NCBI GenBank assembly: GCA_963745035.1 | Contig: CAVUVW010000009.1 | Span: 1 to 58,414 of the forward strand | Length of the DNA stretch: 58,414 nt | Direction of reading: 5' to 3' | DNA from: an uncultured delta proteobacterium | GTDB lineage: Bacteria > Desulfobacterota > Binatia > UBA9968 | Shown here: positions 18,448 to 27,244 of the stretch, in pieces | Numbering within the stretch: the stretch's first letter is position 1 | Layout: the number at the start of each line of letters is the position of its first letter | Notes under the pieces: model-generated | What the model was told of the DNA's origin: nothing | Databases searched by the model: none | The model's input: only the letters and a program-made list of their open reading frames with translations | Made by a program: the position numbers and the translations under genes

Positions 18448-18870
18448 CTACTTCTTCTCAGTCTTCTTTTCGTCGGCCTTGGCCTTTTCTGCCGTCTTGG
18501 TTTTTGCGGTGTCCGATTTCGTCGCGTCGCTTTTGGACGCTGCGGTAGTCTTTGCCGTGCCGCCTTTGTTCTTATCGGTTTCGCTAGTCTTTGTGCTCGC
18601 CTTGTCGCTGGACGTCTTGCCTGTAACCGTGACGTCGGAGCGGATCTGCTTCATGAGGCCGGGGCCGATCCCCGGAACCTTTTCCAGGTCGTCGACGGAT
18701 TTAAAATTGCCGTTTTTCTTCCGGTAATCGATGATCTCCTGCGCGCGTTTGTCGCCAACGCCTTTGAGAGTGGTCAGCTCCTCCTTGGTCGCCGTATTGA
18801 TATTGACCACCGCCAGCGCCGCGCCGGAGAGCGCAAACCAGATCGCGAACGCCAATAATAGTTTCTTCAT
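18448..18870 (-). CDS. comEA: ComEA-family helix-hairpin-helix DNA-binding protein with Lys/Thr/Ala-rich tail
   Basis: Signal peptide; VNINTATKEELTTLKGVGDKRAQEIIDYR..GNFKSVDDLEKVPGIG. Confidence 0.92.
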   Translation of the reverse strand: MKKLLLAFAIWFALSGAALAVVNINTATKEELTTLKGVGDKRAQEIIDYRKKNGNFKSVDDLEKVPGIGPGLMKQIRSDVTVTGKTSSDKASTKTSETDKNKGGTAKTTAASKSDATKSDTAKTKTAEKAKADEKKTEKK

Positions 18871-18915
18871 CGAAACCTCCTCGTTTCGTTTGGGTTTATC
18901 GGCCGCTATGTCCTC

Positions 18916-18943
18916 TTAGACGAATGGCTCGTCTCGGCATTCA
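18916..18943 (-). promoter_or_regulatory. Putative ECF-sigma promoter upstream of comEA
   Basis: TGAATG-N16-GTCTAA on the minus strand; same -10 and spacing as the sites at 50666, 53036 and 53404. Confidence 0.45.
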
Positions 18944-19126
18944 CTACGGCTCCGTACCGCACCTCAGATCGAAACGGGGTAATAGCGAGAGGGCTTGACG
19001 ATGTCAAGCCGATCTCCATTTTTACCGGATGTTCGACAGGCCGCCTGTTAATAGCGACATTGCGAGTAAGCAACGACATCCGCCGGGTCGTTGTGCGGCT
19101 GCGCCAAACCCGATAGCAAGGAAACT

Positions 19127-19636
19127 ATGGAAACCGTTCAGGACCGCGCGAAGCTCTCCCTGCGGGCATGGATCGAAACCCACGGGCATGTCTTGCTCTA
19201 CGACGAGGACCGGTCGAGTTTGCTCGACGTCGCGTCTGGCAAAAGCCTGCGCTTGTCCTGGCCGGATGTCAGCGCCTTCGAGGAGAAAATTCATCCGGAG
19301 ACGGGTGATCACTATCTGGTGCTGCTTTTCGAGAGCGGCAAGCAAATCGCCCTGGCCGATCCGGGCGGCGTGGCGTTCGCTCCGTCCACGGAAAATTCCG
19401 GCCCGGTGGCGAACTTGCCGTCCGTGGTTTGTCTGCGGGATTTTCTCACGCTCAAGCAGCGCATCGATCATTATCTCTATGATCATCCGAACGAGCCGCC
19501 GCCGCGCGAGTGCTTGGATTTGATCATGATCTGCATCGCAACTCTCGACGGCGCCCGCACGGTGGGTTTCGACGTGGGCGATTTGGAAGGCGAGTTGGAG
19601 AAAGCGTTGAACGAATTGGAGCGGCGAACCCAATAG
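19127..19636 (+). CDS. Hypothetical protein
   Basis: AAGGA RBS; 169 aa with strong GC3 bias; no family recognised. Confidence 0.75.
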   Translation: METVQDRAKLSLRAWIETHGHVLLYDEDRSSLLDVASGKSLRLSWPDVSAFEEKIHPETGDHYLVLLFESGKQIALADPGGVAFAPSTENSGPVANLPSVVCLRDFLTLKQRIDHYLYDHPNEPPPRECLDLIMICIATLDGARTVGFDVGDLEGELEKALNELERRTQ

Positions 19637-19664
19637 CAACCGGGAAGATCAATGCTCTCCGCGA

Positions 19665-19770
19665 TGTCATTTTGAGGCGAGGCCGAAGGATTTGTTTTCT
19701 CTCTGAAAGTCCTCACCAGAGCCCGAAATGCGAAAGCAGATTCTTCGTCGCTGCGCTTCTCAGAATGACA
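19665..19770. repeat. REP-like doublet (TGTCAT.CTGAG...AGATTCTTCG...CAGAATGACA family)
   Basis: Terminal TGTCATTTTGAG and CTCAGAATGACA inverted repeats; related copies at 27081 and 46187. Confidence 0.75.
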
Positions 19771-19887
19771 GCCGGAGTGTCTCGGACGGCTCCGGCGCGA
19801 AGATTGTTGGAGCGATGGAGAGATGGAGTATTGAATTTCGAGCGGTCAAATTGCTCAATCGATGTTTTTTGATCTGGGGACATAGCC

Positions 19888-21131
19888 GTGGGATTGGTGA
19901 GCTCATTACGCTGTCCGAAATGCGCCCATGAGCCGGCCTCGAAAACGATTTTTCAATGTCCGGACTGTCGTTGCGTCCTCGAAGTCTGGACCGGTATCGA
20001 GCATCTCACGCGCGCAGATTTCGATCGTATGCGGCAAAGCCGCGATCGCTCGATCTGGCGCTGGTTCGAATTTTTCCCTTTAGCTGATCGGTCACACATC
20101 GTTTCCCTGGGTGAGGGTGATACTCCGTTGCTTCATGCCGCTCGGCTCGGCAAAAAATTGGGCATCGCCAATCTTTACCTGAAGAACGATACGGTCTTAC
20201 CGACAGGCTCGCTGAAGGACAGGAGTAACAGTGTCGGTCTCTCGGTGGCGAAGGAACTCGGCTTTACCGCCGCCGCCGTCATGTCGACCGGCAATGCGGC
20301 GGCCTCGGTCGCGGCCTATTCGGCCGCCGCGGGCATTAGAAGCATCGTCATGGTGCCCGCGGGCACGGCGCCGTCGAAGATCATTCAGGCGCGCGCCTGC
20401 GGCGCGACGGTGATCGTCATTGCCGGCGACTTCGACAACGAGGTGGCCAAGCTTTACAAAGCGGCGGTTCAAGAATTCGGCTGGTACGATTGCCTGTCGT
20501 CGAATCCGTATCGCGATGAAGGAAAAAAATCCTACGCCTACGAAATGGCGGATCAACTCGATGGGCGAATGCCGGATTGGATAATCCATCCGACGGCGGG
20601 GGGTACCGGCATCTATGCCATGTGGAAGGGATATCAGGAATTCTTGTCGCTGGCTGGATCAATCGCGCCCGAAACTCGTGCTGCTCAAAGCGGAAGCCGC
20701 TGCGCCGATTGTCGCCGCGTTGGAAAAGGGTTTAGCGGACGTCGAGCCCGTGGTCGGCGCGCGAAACAGTCGCCGAGAGCATTCAGGTCGGAAATCCAGT
20801 ATCGCTCGGCTGGCGCGCACTTGCGGCGATTCGGGAATCGAAGGGCACCGCCGCCGCAGTCTCGGATGAGGAAATCGTCGAAGCGCAAGAGTTGACCGGC
20901 TATCTCGCCGGCATTTTCGCCGAGCCGGCGGCGGCCACTTCCGTGGCGGTGGCGAAGAAACTGCGCGATACCGGGATGGTCGGCAAGGACGATGTCGTCG
21001 TCTGCAATCTCACCGGCCATGGGCTGAAGCAGCCCGAGGCGATTCGCTTGCTGGAGGAACTAGCCCCCATCGCGGCGACGCTGGATGCGCTCCGAGAGCG
21101 AATTTCCAAAGCGAGCGAAACAGAGCGCTAA
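19888..21131 (+). CDS. thrC: Threonine synthase-like PLP enzyme; several frameshifts at about 20650-20760
   Basis: Two N-terminal CxxC pairs, SLGEGDTPL, PTGSLKDR, STGNAAAS, EGKKS, then GIFAEPAAA and VCNLTGHGLK in another frame. True threonine synthase function not assured. Confidence 0.8.
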
Positions 21132-21258
21132 GGATGTTTCATTGACTCTGCCCTTGTGCCCCATGCTCCAGTTTGTTTGATATTGGCGCCGGCCGCATGA
21201 TTGTTAAAGGAAAATTTCTTTGGGGGTCGCAGGTATCGGGCCTGTGTAGTTTTGCGAC

Positions 21259-21861
21259 ATGATGAAACCAACTCGATTGTTTGTGGCATCTTTGATTGGT
21301 CTCGTGACTTCAAGCGCCACTCTCCCGGCAGAAGAGAAGCCGGTAAAACTCGTCCCGGTGCTCAAGATCAATAGCGACCTGGATCGCCGCACGGAGATCA
21401 AGCCGTCAAAGATCCCCGGCGGCGGCAATGGCCTGTTTGCCGCCGTTGCGATCAAAAAGGACGAAGTGATCGGCGAATTGGGCGGGCAGTTGAGAACGGA
21501 AGAGGACTATCCTGCGGGCAATTACTATCTTGCCTCCATTCCGGAATGCGCCTGGGAAGAAACGCATCCCTATCGATATCTCGACGCCAAGCACTTCGGC
21601 GCCCACGTGAGCCGGATCAATTTTGCGCCAAGAAAAATCAATGGCGTCGAAACGAAATTCCAAAACTCCGCTTTAGTGCAGCTTTGCAACTACCCTTACG
21701 TCGTTTTCGCGGCCCTGCGAGATATCGAGGCGGGCGAGGAGATCTGGGCAAGCTACGGCCCACACTATGATTATGGTTTTATGACGGCGAGTGAAGTGCG
21801 GGATTTCTTTTGCGGTCTATTGAAGCTCGACTGCGCCGAAGGATATGCGTTTGAGCCCTAG
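21259..21861 (+). CDS. SET-domain protein with N-terminal signal peptide
   Basis: KPSKIPGGGNGLFA..IKKDEVIGE, SRINFA, ALRDIEAGEEIWASYG; C-terminal CGLLKLDC. Confidence 0.85.
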   Translation: MMKPTRLFVASLIGLVTSSATLPAEEKPVKLVPVLKINSDLDRRTEIKPSKIPGGGNGLFAAVAIKKDEVIGELGGQLRTEEDYPAGNYYLASIPECAWEETHPYRYLDAKHFGAHVSRINFAPRKINGVETKFQNSALVQLCNYPYVVFAALRDIEAGEEIWASYGPHYDYGFMTASEVRDFFCGLLKLDCAEGYAFEP

Positions 21862-21891
21862 GCTACAAAAAAACAGCCAAATCGGCTCTGC

Positions 21892-22857
21892 CTACACCTT
21901 GAACCCGTGCTCGCGGTACCACTTCTCCGCCCCGGGGTGGAGCGGGACGTCGCGCGGGGTAGCATCGGTGTTTTCGCCGAGTTGACCGACACCGGTGTAA
22001 GAGTCTTCCCAGAACATATGGTCTTTGCGCGCGGCAATGGCGTCGCAGATTTTGTAGGCGTCGTCGTCGGGCAACGTCGCGCGGGTATAGATCGGCCAGC
22101 CGCTGTAGTCGATGCACGTGTAGTTTTCAGTCAGGCCTTTAAACCGCCCAGGTTTGATGGTGTATTTGCGCCAGCCGAGGTCATCGACCAAATACTTGAA
22201 CGCCGAATCTTCGAGCGTGATCGGCTTCATTCCTGAGGCGAGCGCGGGCTCGAACCAGAGCGGCAAGCCCTCGTCAAAGATGGCATCGATGCTGCCGTCG
22301 CGGATCGCTTTCATGCGCCGCTCATCGCCCGGCCCGCCGTTGAGCTGCAAGCTGCCGCCCCATGTTTCGATATCCTTCACCGTCATGCCGTACGCCGCCA
22401 ACGTTTGATCGACCAGCACTCGAGTCGAGTGGGTGGCGTCCTCGCGAATAGACAGGCGCAGCGGATATTTCTTCTCTTTGATCTCAGCCAATGATTTCAG
22501 TCCGGTGCGCGGATGAATCAAGTAAACGAAATGATCGAGGGACGGATAGACGGCAACGATGCGCACGGGCAGCGCTTTGGGAAAAAGGCCGGTGCCGCGA
22601 TAAGCTTGTGTCAAAAGTCCGGACGGATTGATCATGGCGGCTTCCAGTTCGCCGTTACAGACAGCGTTGGCCAGGATCGGCGAGCCCGTGGACATGCGCA
22701 GCCACGGCTTGAAGGTTTCATTGGAGCCACTGCCGACTGCGATGCACATGTCGCGCGGGCCATAGTAGGGCGTGTTGGGGTTGCCGGCGATGTGCAGGCC
22801 GATTTCCCAAAGCATCAAGGCTCGCTGAAAGTTGGCGCCGCGGGGAAGGGGTTCCAT
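21892..22857 (-). CDS. TAXI-family TRAP solute-binding-like protein without signal peptide
   Basis: IVAVYPS..GLKSLAEIK, DGSIDAIF, C-terminal VPLHPGAEKWYREHG typical of TAXI proteins. Confidence 0.75.
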   Translation of the reverse strand: MEPLPRGANFQRALMLWEIGLHIAGNPNTPYYGPRDMCIAVGSGSNETFKPWLRMSTGSPILANAVCNGELEAAMINPSGLLTQAYRGTGLFPKALPVRIVAVYPSLDHFVYLIHPRTGLKSLAEIKEKKYPLRLSIREDATHSTRVLVDQTLAAYGMTVKDIETWGGSLQLNGGPGDERRMKAIRDGSIDAIFDEGLPLWFEPALASGMKPITLEDSAFKYLVDDLGWRKYTIKPGRFKGLTENYTCIDYSGWPIYTRATLPDDDAYKICDAIAARKDHMFWEDSYTGVGQLGENTDATPRDVPLHPGAEKWYREHGFKV

Positions 22858-22955
22858 GATTACTCTCCATTCACTTTGATTTGGTGCCGCTACCTTATTG
22901 ACCCGAGTACGTTCGTGTCAATAGTGTGTCGCCAATCGTGAAGAAGGATGACTCT

Positions 22956-23093
22956 CCACGAAGAGCACGAAGGTTTTTCGTACGGTGCGCTGCGCGCACC
23001 GATCGGTCCGAAGCTTCGTTCGAAATGACAACACCCGCTCTTTTGCGCCTTGCGCGATCATTCTTCCTTCGTGTCCTTCGTGCTCTTCGTGGT
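22956..23093. repeat. Composite nested palindromic element
   Basis: Outer arms CCACGAAGAGCACGAAGG and CCTTCGTGTCCTTCGTGCTCTTCGTGG enclose CGGTGCGCTGCGCGCACCG and half-copies of other repeat families. Confidence 0.7.
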
Positions 23094-23125
23094 AAGACTT
23101 TGTCGGGTTGCGAGATGGGGGGATA

Positions 23126-23524
23126 ATGCCTTTTGACGCCCAAGCGATTTTTGCCAATCTGGCCGAGAAGGAAAGGATCAAAGGCCATCATTCGGCGGAA
23201 GGCCGGGCGATTCGCACCTTGAGCCGCGCCCTGAGCGGCTGGTCGGCCGGGAGTCTCTCGCGCCGCGATGTCATGGTGCTCTGCAATCAGGCTATCGAGG
23301 ATTGGCTCAAGGTTCGCTTGGGGCGCTCGCCGTGGTCGACGCGATCCGCGCCGGCGCTTCTGCGCGCCGCAAGGGCTGCCCAGTGGATTACACAAGCGGA
23401 CGCGGATCGATTGCTGAGCCTGTACCACGCTTGCTCGCAGGCCGTTGAAGGCAGGCAGGTTTCCGCGCAGGAAGTCGAAGCCGCGCTTGAGTTTTGCATC
23501 GAGCTGATAGACAAGCATTGGTGA
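23126..23524 (+). CDS. Hypothetical helical protein (possibly HEPN-like)
   Basis: LCNQAIEDWLK..WITQADADRL..EVEAALEFCIELI; stop overlaps the next start (GTGA). Confidence 0.65.
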   Translation: MPFDAQAIFANLAEKERIKGHHSAEGRAIRTLSRALSGWSAGSLSRRDVMVLCNQAIEDWLKVRLGRSPWSTRSAPALLRAARAAQWITQADADRLLSLYHACSQAVEGRQVSAQEVEAALEFCIELIDKHW

Positions 23525-25020
23525 GTGAAGAAGTTGACCCCGGCGGCTCCCGCGCCTCGCGCACGGCCAATGGCTACGATCTTCCCGCACATCCCATGGA
23601 CTCTCGCGCCAACTGGTTGCTGCTCGCCAACGCAGCTCTAGGAAATTTTCTCGCCGGCACTGCCAGCCGAATCTTCTCTGTATCGCTGCCGACCGTCGCC
23701 GCCAGCCTGGAGACGACGATCGTCGGCATCGCCTGGGCGGTGATCGCCTATCAAATTTCCCAGATCAGCTTGTCGCTGATCTTCGGCCGCATCGGCGATA
23801 TCTACGGGCGCCACAAGCTTTTCGGTCTTGGCCTGGTCGTGTCGTCATTGGGTGCGCTGCTCTGCGGCCTCTCGCAAAACGTCACTCAATTGATCCTCTT
23901 TCGCATGTTTCAAGGCGTCGGAGCTTCCATGACTCAGTCGCAGGGACGCGCCTTGGCTATGGAAGCTTTGCCGAAAGAGTCCTCCGGGCGCGCGCAGGGA
24001 TTTATGACTACGGCGTTTCATTCGGGCGTGCTGCTCGGGCCGAGCGCCGGCGGATTGATCATCGATTATATTCACTGGCGGGCGGTGTTTTTCTTTCTGA
24101 TTCCCATCGGCCTCGCCGGCATGGTTCTTACGTTGATCAACCATTTGAAAGGCAACACGCCGAAGCGTTCAGTCACTGCTGAATCCAACGTCGCGATCGA
24201 TTACCTCGGGGCGCTGCTGCTCATCGGCGCGACTCTGGCGCTCGTTTCATGCATCGATCATCGCATCATGGAGTCTCTCGCGCCGCCGGTCCAAGTCGCG
24301 CTGGTCATTGCCTTTGTCTTGTGTTTTGCCGGTTTCATTTATCGCGAATATACGACTGCGAGCCCGATTCTGGATTTGTCCCTGTTTCGCATTCGCATGT
24401 TCACCTTGAGCGCGCTCGCGTTGCTGCTCGTCGGCGTGTCGCAAGTGATGATGGGTTTCGTCCTACCCTTTTACCTGCAGGACGTTTTGCATCTTACGCC
24501 GACCTTCATCGGGGTACTGTTTGTGAGCGCGCCTATCTTTACTGTTACTTTCTCGCCGTTCGTCGGCTGGGTAGTGGACAAGGTGGGGCCGCGGCTACCG
24601 GCGACCGCCGGCATCGGATTTTTGGCCGCGGCGGGTTTTCTAGGATCCTTTCTACGCCCGGACTCGCACTGGGCGTCAGCCGTGGTCGTGCTTGGCCTAT
24701 GGGGATTGGCGACTGCTCTATTCTTCACTTCGAATCATACGGCAATGATCAACGCGGTTCCGCCGCAGCACCGTGGCGTCGCGACGGGAGCCATCTACGT
24801 CGTTTTCGGCCTTGGCTCGACGTTCGGCGTCTCGTTGGGCACTTTGCTTCTCACGGCGGCGTTTCGCTATTACAGCGGAGACCCGGCCGCGACGCCGACG
24901 CCGAACAACCCGACCGCATTCGTTCAGGCGATGAATTTCAGTTTTGTGCTGGGCGGCCTCATGGCGCTCGTGGCGATGCTCTGCTCGGCGTTGCGGGGAA
25001 AGAGAGCGGTTGATGGATAA
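23521..25020 (+). CDS. MFS transporter, DHA2 (EmrB/QacA, 14-TM) family
   Basis: Motif A GRIGDIYGRHK, RMFQGVGA, WRAVFF, PILDLSLFR. Confidence 0.92.
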   Translation: MSEEVDPGGSRASRTANGYDLPAHPMDSRANWLLLANAALGNFLAGTASRIFSVSLPTVAASLETTIVGIAWAVIAYQISQISLSLIFGRIGDIYGRHKLFGLGLVVSSLGALLCGLSQNVTQLILFRMFQGVGASMTQSQGRALAMEALPKESSGRAQGFMTTAFHSGVLLGPSAGGLIIDYIHWRAVFFFLIPIGLAGMVLTLINHLKGNTPKRSVTAESNVAIDYLGALLLIGATLALVSCIDHRIMESLAPPVQVALVIAFVLCFAGFIYREYTTASPILDLSLFRIRMFTLSALALLLVGVSQVMMGFVLPFYLQDVLHLTPTFIGVLFVSAPIFTVTFSPFVGWVVDKVGPRLPATAGIGFLAAAGFLGSFLRPDSHWASAVVVLGLWGLATALFFTSNHTAMINAVPPQHRGVATGAIYVVFGLGSTFGVSLGTLLLTAAFRYYSGDPAATPTPNNPTAFVQAMNFSFVLGGLMALVAMLCSALRGKRAVDG

Positions 25021-25170
25021 TCCATTGGCCTTCAATCCAGGAGGACAGTTGCGCATCCCGCGTTGCGCGAGGGGGATAATCGCTCCAGCGTTGGCACCAT
25101 TGTTTCCTTACGGCCGGATGATTCAATCGACTCTTATCGGCGCCGGCGGTAGTCCTAAACTTTCACTCCC

Positions 25171-26441
25171 ATGACTCCAGAGCCGTCATCTCGAGGCGAG
25201 CAGCTCAGACGTTACGGCCTCGTCGCGCTGGCATTTCTGCACATCGGCGTCGGCCGCGGTTTGCACGGCACGTTCGGAGTGTTTTTCGTGGCCATGCTGG
25301 ATGCCTTCGGCTGGTCGCGCGCCACCACCGCCGGCGCTATTTCGCTGGCGATTATCTTCGAAGGCGTTTGCTTGCCTTGGGCGGGCGGCCTGATCGACCG
25401 GATCGGCGGCCGAAAGACGCTGATCTCGGGCGGCCTCGTGCTCTGCGCGGGACTGCTTTTCGCGTCGACCATCTCGGCGCTGTGGCACTTCTATTTCTGG
25501 ATCGGCATCGTCAGCGCGGTCGGCATCGCTTTGATCGGTATGGTGCCGCACGTTGCGATTATCTCCCGAGAGTTTCCCCAGCGGCGCGGTACGGCGCTCG
25601 GCATCGCCTGGGCGGGCGGCGGGCTCGGCATTGTTTTGCTGGTGCCGGTGACCCAGCTCATGATCGACAAATGGGGTTGGTCGACGGCCTACGTCGCGCT
25701 GGCGGCGATCACGGTTCTGCTGATCATTCCGCCGGTGCAGGTATTTCTGCCGGCCTCGCGCGCGAAAAATCCGGCCGCGACACCCGTCCGCAAAAAATTT
25801 CGTAAAGATCACAAGGCGTCGCAGTGGAAACCGACTGGACGGTCAAGCGCGCGCTTACCAATTCCGCCTTCTGGCTGCTTTTTATCGCGCGCACTTTGGC
25901 GAGCATGGGCAATCAGGTCATCGTGACGCATCAGATCGCCCATGCCATTGACGTCGGTTATGCAAAGGTCTTTGCCGCATCGATCTTCGGATTGATGGGC
26001 GTGATCAGCATCGGTGGCAGACTTTTGTTCGGCTATCTGGCCGATGTGATGAACCGGCAGATGGTATTTGCCTTGGTGCAGATCATTTCGGCGCTGGGTA
26101 TCTTCGCGCTGCTCGCCATGGACGACGCCTCGACGCCGTGGCTGCTTTACGTTTACGCAATTTGCTACGGGCTCGGCCAGGGATCGCGCGCGCTGGTGCT
26201 CTCGGCGATTTCCGCCGACATATTTCACGGTAAGCACTTCGGCGCCATTTTCGGCTATTTTACTTTTAGCATCGGCCTCGGCGGCGCGGTTGGCGCGTGG
26301 CTCGGCGGTTTTCTTTTCGATGTGACTCAGAGTTATGCGCTGCCCTTCTGGGTCTCCCTTGCTTGTTTGATTATTTCCGTGTTTATCGTTTGGGCAAGCG
26401 GGCGCGTCGTTCAAGCGCAATCTGGAAATGAAAGGAATTAG
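25171..26441 (+). CDS. MFS transporter (OFA/MCT-like); frameshift near 25780-25825
   Basis: GGLIDRIGGRK and FPQRRGTALGI in ORF 25171; C-terminal half (AFWLLF, GYLADVMNR, GGFLFDVTQSY) in ORF 25824-26441. Confidence 0.85.
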
Positions 26442-26444
26442 CCA

Positions 26445-27062
26445 ATGATCAAGCTCTATACCTGGGGCACACCCAACGGCAAAAAGGTCTCGATCATGCT
26501 CGAAGAGATCGAAATGCCGTATGAGGTTTATCCGGTCAACTTCGGCAAGAATGAGCAGTTCAAGCCGGAATATCTGGCGATCAATCCCAACAACAAGATT
26601 CCTTCGATCATCGACACCGAAGGTCCCGGAGGCAAGGCTTTTACGTTGTTCGAGTCCGGCGCGATCCTGATGTACTTGGCGGAGAAATCCGGCAAGCTCT
26701 GGCCTGCCGACATGCAACAGCGCTACTTGGTGATTCAGTGGCTGATGTTTCAAATGGGCGGCGTCGGGCCGATGTTCGGCCAGGCGAATTACTTCTACCG
26801 GCTCGAGGAAAAAGTTCCATATGCCATCGAGCGATTTCGCAAGGAAGCGCTGCGCTTGTACGGCGTGCTCGATAAACAGCTAGGGCAGCACGAATATTTG
26901 GCGGGCGAGTACTCGATCGCCGATATCGCGACGTACACTTGGGTCGGACGCCACGAGGGGCATCACGTGAAGCTCGAGGAGTTTGCCAATGTGAAGCGCT
27001 GGTTTGACACGATTTCCCAGCGCCCGGCAGTGCAGCGCGGGATGGCGATCCCGAAGGTCTGA
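26445..27062 (+). CDS. Glutathione S-transferase, YfcG/YghU (Nu-class) type
   Basis: TPNGKKVSIMLEE, INPNNKIP, FESGAILMYLAEK, QWLMFQMGGVGPMFGQ. Confidence 0.95.
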   Translation: MIKLYTWGTPNGKKVSIMLEEIEMPYEVYPVNFGKNEQFKPEYLAINPNNKIPSIIDTEGPGGKAFTLFESGAILMYLAEKSGKLWPADMQQRYLVIQWLMFQMGGVGPMFGQANYFYRLEEKVPYAIERFRKEALRLYGVLDKQLGQHEYLAGEYSIADIATYTWVGRHEGHHVKLEEFANVKRWFDTISQRPAVQRGMAIPKV

Positions 27063-27080
27063 AAACGGAACTGGAAAAAG

Positions 27081-27157
27081 CAAAAGCAGATTCTTCGCTC
27101 TCGCTCAGAATGACGATCTGATCTCATCCTGAACAAGGTGAAGGATCTGCTTTTTGC
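27081..27157. repeat. REP-like doublet (same family as 19665)
   Basis: AAAAGCAGATTCTTCGCTCTCGCTCAGAATGAC...TCATCCTGAAC..GAAGGATCTGCTTTT. Confidence 0.75.
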
Positions 27158-27244
27158 GGTTTTATCGACGGATGAAGGAAACCGCTTAGTTTACACACTT
27201 CAGTTCGATGAGGGTCCGCTCGCCTAATACAAGAAGGAGAAATC

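Noticed and set aside
18460-18620. Lys/Thr/Ala/Ser-rich quasi-repeats as a separate repeat feature
   Set aside because: They are the low-complexity coding tail of ComEA.
19888-21131. Programmed frameshifting or phase variation in thrC-like and other split genes
   Set aside because: No slippery heptamers or long homopolymer/SSR tracts at the shift sites; the scattered pattern fits sequencing indels.
376-21861. HDAC + SET + methyltransferase as a bacterial chromatin-modification system
   Set aside because: The genes are 8-20 kb apart, unlinked and predicted in different compartments; no histone-like gene was seen.
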